NCBI GenBank assembly: GCA_040285855.1
Contig: JAUFOQ010000002.1
Coordinates: forward strand, 2,914,001 to 2,978,000
Length of the DNA stretch: 64,000 nt
Direction of reading: 5' to 3'
DNA from: Eukaryota sp. GEM-RC1
Taxonomy: Eukaryota
Part shown: positions 59,402 to 64,000 of the stretch, one piece after another
Layout of the letters: the number at the start of each line of letters is the position of its first letter
Numbering within the stretch: the first letter of the stretch is position 1
The notes under the pieces: model-generated
The model's input: only the letters and a program-made list of their open reading frames with translations
Told to the model about the DNA's origin: nothing
The model's database searches: none
Program-made: the position numbers and the translations under genes

Positions 59402-61018
59402 TCAACTACCAATACAAAACGTGCATTTCGACTGTATTGATCTCAAGCCCATGTGCCTAAACTCTTCCACAGTAACAAACAACTCTTTCTTAATCTCTTC
59501 ATTTACTGCAGCAACACATCCCACAATAGCTCCTCCCCTCCAAGACACTCGATCTCCATCCACACCAGCTCTATTCTCAGTATGAACCTCTATTCTATCA
59601 ACAAGGGTATCAAGATTAGCTTCACTCACAGCTGATTTGATCGCGTGATTCAAAGCAAGGGCCACTCCTTTTAGTTTAGACCCTCCTCCAATCAATAAAA
59701 CAGTTCCCAACAACCTCCTTCTTAAATCCGACCTACCCACCCTCCGCAGACACTCTACCACAGCCAAACCAAGGGGAAGAGCGAGGTAGGGAGATTCAAA
59801 AGGCTGTAGAAGTTCAGATCCCTTGTCTCTGGAATCTGCAGGAGAGCTAGGAGCATGGGGAGCCATACCAAACCCAAGTGGTTCAAAGAGAGGAAGTAAG
59901 GGAAGCGTGAGAGTACTCATTTCCTGTGGGGTTGACAAACATACTCGTCTCTTTACATGTTCTTTTCCATCAAGAGACTGAACACAGACAGAGAAGGACG
60001 AAGAAGGGGGTGCGAAGACATGGCAATGATCGTACAAAATAGAGTATAACATTGATCGATGTTGTGGGTTAGAGAGAGAGAAATTGAAGGGGGGAAGGTT
60101 GTTGGAGATGCTCCAATCGTTGAGCAAGACGCCTAGAGTAGAAGCACAGTTATCAGTACCAAAGGGCATCGTTAGCTTAGTATTAGTTAGGACAGTACCA
60201 TCCTCAACTGCAGCTACCTTAGTAGTCATGGAGCCAATGTCAACTACTATGGAGGAACCTAGACCAAAGGCGTAGGAAGCAGTGACTGACTCTTCAGTGA
60301 CGATGAAGGAGGAGAAATTGAAGGAATAGAGGAGAAGAGCTGCTAGGGAAGAGACAGTATCCGCATCGTGGTCGTCTGGGACAACGAGAACAACAGAATA
60401 TGAAGAGAGAAGTGACTGCGAGGGTTGGGTGGGAGACCAGTCAGTTTGAGATTGTGGCCCTTGGATGAACAGGACAGTTAGAGCAGCTTTCCAAATGAAG
60501 AAAAGGTCATTCAGGGCATGTGATTGGGTGTAGACATCGTCATAGGCCAGTGAGAGGCCCGCAGATCCACCAAGAGGCCATCGGAGAATGTAGTTTACAC
60601 CAGTGGGAGTGTGTAGAGCGTCATGACCTACAGCCACTGACGCAGAAGGTGCTTCCCAGTCCCATTTACAATCTGAACAACTAGCATATTGAGGAAGCCG
60701 ATGAACTGCAGTGATGTCAGAGAGTGGATCTCTGGGGTTGATATGATAAGGTTCTGGAGGTGGAAGAGAAAGGTCTTCTCGAATGGAAGTAGCATGAGAC
60801 AAGAGTCGTTGTTCAGTTTCATCTAGATACCAAGGAGGTGATGTAGGAAGAGTCTCTCCTTCTGCAACTGTAACAGAAACACCAGTTGGAAGCTGACGAG
60901 CAATTACTTGGGGAAGATTGACCTGACAGTCAGAGTCACCAGCAAACCCAACTAAAACTCTCGAGGAAGATACATGAAAGACGATAACAGAGTTTGCAGG
61001 ATCTTCGTCTGCTGACAT
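59402..61018 (-). CDS. ARP8: Nuclear actin-related protein, ARP8-like (INO80 complex)
   Basis: VIVFHVSSSRVLVGFAGD, VGHDAL, YILRWPL, YSVVLVVPD, VVDIGSMTTKVAAVEDG, LLIGGG and SWRGGAI. Confidence 0.75.
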   Translation of the reverse strand: MSADEDPANSVIVFHVSSSRVLVGFAGDSDCQVNLPQVIARQLPTGVSVTVAEGETLPTSPPWYLDETEQRLLSHATSIREDLSLPPPEPYHINPRDPLSDITAVHRLPQYASCSDCKWDWEAPSASVAVGHDALHTPTGVNYILRWPLGGSAGLSLAYDDVYTQSHALNDLFFIWKAALTVLFIQGPQSQTDWSPTQPSQSLLSSYSVVLVVPDDHDADTVSSLAALLLYSFNFSSFIVTEESVTASYAFGLGSSIVVDIGSMTTKVAAVEDGTVLTNTKLTMPFGTDNCASTLGVLLNDWSISNNLPPFNFSLSNPQHRSMLYSILYDHCHVFAPPSSSFSVCVQSLDGKEHVKRRVCLSTPQEMSTLTLPLLPLFEPLGFGMAPHAPSSPADSRDKGSELLQPFESPYLALPLGLAVVECLRRVGRSDLRRRLLGTVLLIGGGSKLKGVALALNHAIKSAVSEANLDTLVDRIEVHTENRAGVDGDRVSWRGGAIVGCVAAVNEEIKKELFVTVEEFRHMGLRSIQSKCTFCIGS

Positions 61019-61289
61019 TCGAGTAAATGGGAACACATCACTTTTATTCCCCTAATCATTTGTGCGTTTGACCTCACCTCTGGCTAATGACGATTACTTT
61101 TGTGGGTACAGACGATTTGGCAACTACATTTCAATTAACAGTTACATCTAATGAAGACTAAGTTTGTGAATAAATTATGTATTTGACCACCATTCATAGA
61201 TAACCTCAAAGGAGATTGAAGAGGAATACCTGATTAAATAAGAATCAGTTACCAAATTCATCAAATCTAAATAGATCACATAATTGAAA

Positions 61290-61408
61290 AAAGTTTATCG
61301 ATGAAAGGCACAAAAATATCAGAATAAAAGCTATGAAACGCTAGACACAGAACATTCCTGGTCCACAGTACCACAGTTCTTAAACAACTTTGTGATAAAA
61401 AACTCACA
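61290..61408 (-). mobile_element. Short 3'-end fragment of the same RLE subfamily as 12050-12715
   Basis: The reverse complement cacaaagttgtttaagaactgtggtactgtggaccaggaatg...catagcttttatt aligns with 12623-12695. Confidence 0.75.
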
Positions 61409-62046
61409 GAATTTGTCATTCAAACTTTATTCGGTACCGAAAAAGGAACTCTTCCTAAACAAATATGAATTGGCAAAAAACAAACTAAATCTAAACGACC
61501 TCATCCCTATTCGGTAAATGATTACCTTTTTACACATTAACCTTCACACCACTCTCGAGGACAGTTAAGTTTTCAATTAAAATTTTTGGTTGAGTAGGTT
61601 AACGTTTGCGTTGTTTCGTTCAGTGCACATATATTTTAATTCAATTTTAGGTAAGTTGTTCAAAAGGATCATAGTTTAGATACTCTATTTAGTGTCTGTT
61701 AGCTATCAATTTCTGCAAATGCTTTAATTTCACTGTTTGATCATAAACCCCGTTTTTTCTCTTGTACAATTTCTCAACTAATTGAGAGAATATTAATTTG
61801 TGAACCTTATTGGGTAACGAACAAAATGCTTGAAATTTGTGAAACGCTTTTAACAAATTACACTACTACACCCGTGCCTTACACTCTCAACCTGACTGCA
61901 ACAAGACAACAACACCGTAGAGTATCGAGCATCTGTGTTCTACTTCAAAGACAATAGTCCAGTAAGATTTATTTGACTAAATGGTAATTAAAATGTTCAA
62001 TTTTATTTATTAGTATATCTATTAAGACCAGTATTAAAGAATGAGC

Positions 62047-64000
62047 TTACATATTATGATCATGGTAATAAGCAGCACTAATGTAGGTACCATTAATACG
62101 TAATCCTCGTTCATTAATCCTTTCATAAGCATCTTTGAGCTTTCTGTCATTATTAGAAAACCAAACGGATGCACTTTTAAAGAAATTGACATCCCGCTCA
62201 AATAATCTTGTTCGCCGTCCTTTATCGAGTGTGCCTTTAATTAGCTTCACAAACTGAGGAAACTCAGATAGAGACAATGATTGTGGTAAAAACCTGATAT
62301 AAAGACAGTTGCAGTTACTTCGGGTAGGTAGAGAATCATCTGAAGGTCCATCCGCATCAGCAAAACGACATGAGATTACTTGATGAGAATCCGGCCATGA
62401 AATATTGCTTCTATTGATCTCATCAACAGCTTTTCGAGCAAAAGCATTAGTGGAGAACTCGACAAAACCTGTTGAAGAAACATCGTTCTGGAAGACATTA
62501 AAAGGCTTTTTTAGAACAATGGGGTTTAATAGGCCCAAATTTAGAGGCAAATAAAGCCAATTGGTGAGGGTCAATACCTGCAGGAATATCAGAAAACATC
62601 ACATTTGTTAATGATCGGCGAGCAGCTGGAATTCCAGATGGAACTGTAACAGGGGACTTTATAGGTGGACGAGACGGAGGAAAAGTGGAGGTTGGAGTTG
62701 AAATACCAGGGGGAGGTGTGATAGATTCTTGTTCATTGTGTACATTAAAACATGAAGTTGAGTTCACTTGCGAGCCTTTAGGGACGTAACTAGCGTCAGG
62801 ATAGATATATAGAGAGGGAATGCTGTGGCTTCCAGTTGTTCCGATATCAAAGCAATCCTTGATGAAGAAAGCCACATTGATTATAAAGTCTGGAACATAT
62901 TTGGAGAAGAATTCAAAGGGGGTTTGTCTCTGGAGAAGAGGTGTAAGTTGTGCATGAGAAGAGAAGTTCCTAATAGTGGTGAGCAGGCCGAAAATAGAGG
63001 TGACTGTATCATTATATTGTGTGGAGCCTATAGTTTTTTCAATTTCTGAAGCATATCGTTCAGGAATCTTTTTTAACCAATTGTCAGGAATATTGGTTCT
63101 GTAACAGTTTAACGCAGATATAAGAGGAAATTTGGTCTTAATCAAATCATGCATATGGCGGAGAATATCACCAACATAACAATGGTCAGCGTTTAAAGCA
63201 GTAGATGTTAGTTGGTTGTACTTACAAGCACTTAAGGTAAGAGGATGTCTTTGGAGATCTGATATATAAGGACGGTTGATGACGTGCTTCTGCAAGCATC
63301 CTTTGATAAAATTGGCTTCAACAGGAGTCAACTTGGTTAGATCAAGGGAAGGCTCGCTTGATATATGATAAATAGCTCGTTGTTGCTCCTTAGGGGTGTT
63401 TCCAAAGGGGTGGGTACCGGTAAGAATTTGATGAACGATGATTCCCAAAGAGAAAACGTCTGCCCGTTTACAGAGTCTGGATCCAGATTCAAAAACAGAC
63501 ACATCGGATTCGGGAACTTGATAGCCCAGAGTTCCAGCAGCATTATCAGTTTGAATGTGGGTCCGATCTGCGGGGATATAGTGACTAACTCCAAAGTCAG
63601 CAATTTTAATGGTAACAGATTGGTCCGCAGCAACATTTACCATGATATTAGCGGGTTTCAAATCAGCATGAATGACGTCTTTTGAATGGATATGAGCAAG
63701 GCCATCAATAAGTTGATGAATAACGGAGAGCTTAACACCACGATCAAATGTATATGTTCCTTTTGATACCGCTTCAAAGTACTGTGAAAGGTTCATATCA
63801 CACTTTTCTAGAACTAGGTACACAAAATTGAGATCAGATTCGTCGATATCCAGCATTTTGATGATATTGGGATGAGAATTATCCCCATAAGAACATCGGT
63901 GAAGAGAGGCGAACTCAGGAGACTCTAATTTGGCGTACTCTTTGAGAATGACATCGGTGAAGACTCCAGCTTGCTTGAACTTGCCTTCATACACATTGTT
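62047..64000 (-). CDS. IRE1/RNase L-like Ser/Thr kinase plus KEN ribonuclease plus two RRM-like domains; N-terminus lies beyond the window; frameshift in the A6 run at 62507-62512
   Basis: VYEGKF, VILK, HADLKPAN, ADFG, GTLGYQVPE, ADVFSLG, GTHPFG; KEN-like W..I...Y..TV...LL..IRNFSSH; RRM-like VMFSDIP...FGPI...TGFVEF...AVDEIN...CRFAD and LYIRFLP. Confidence 0.75.

Overview
This is a gene-dense, AT-rich eukaryotic nuclear region using the standard code (TAA, TAG and TGA all end conserved genes). It most likely comes from a flagellated protist: there are centriole/cilium genes (CEP164-, CEP41-, enkurin- and CCP-like) and 26-31 nt spliceosomal introns whose branch point sits almost against the 3' AG, a metamonad-like trait (inference). 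Recognisable genes are LMBR1-family, SDR, cytosolic carboxypeptidase, OTU deubiquitinase, CEP164, an HxxxDG acyltransferase, polo kinase, two head-to-head half-size ABCA transporters, an AP beta adaptin, UBE2S, a bacterial-type TGS/ThrRS-fused uridine kinase, an RNI-like LRR gene with a 2.6 kb tandem duplicate, RIO2, a SANT protein, calmodulin and ARP8. Many genes, even calmodulin, carry 1-nt frameshifts in homopolymers, which look like long-read assembly errors. Intergenic DNA holds remnants of a restriction-like-endonuclease (RLE) non-LTR retrotransposon family and a TA-flanked MITE. The most unusual loci are (i) a canonical 2A/StopGo motif (DIESNPGP) in frame with a Ulp1/C48 protease, preceded by three structured 58-nt repeats with a compensatory base-pair change (29.7-30.6 kb); (ii) an IRE1/RNase L-type kinase-KEN nuclease apparently fused to two RRMs (62-64 kb); and (iii) a CEP41-enkurin fusion gene. 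All domain calls are by eye; no searches were run.
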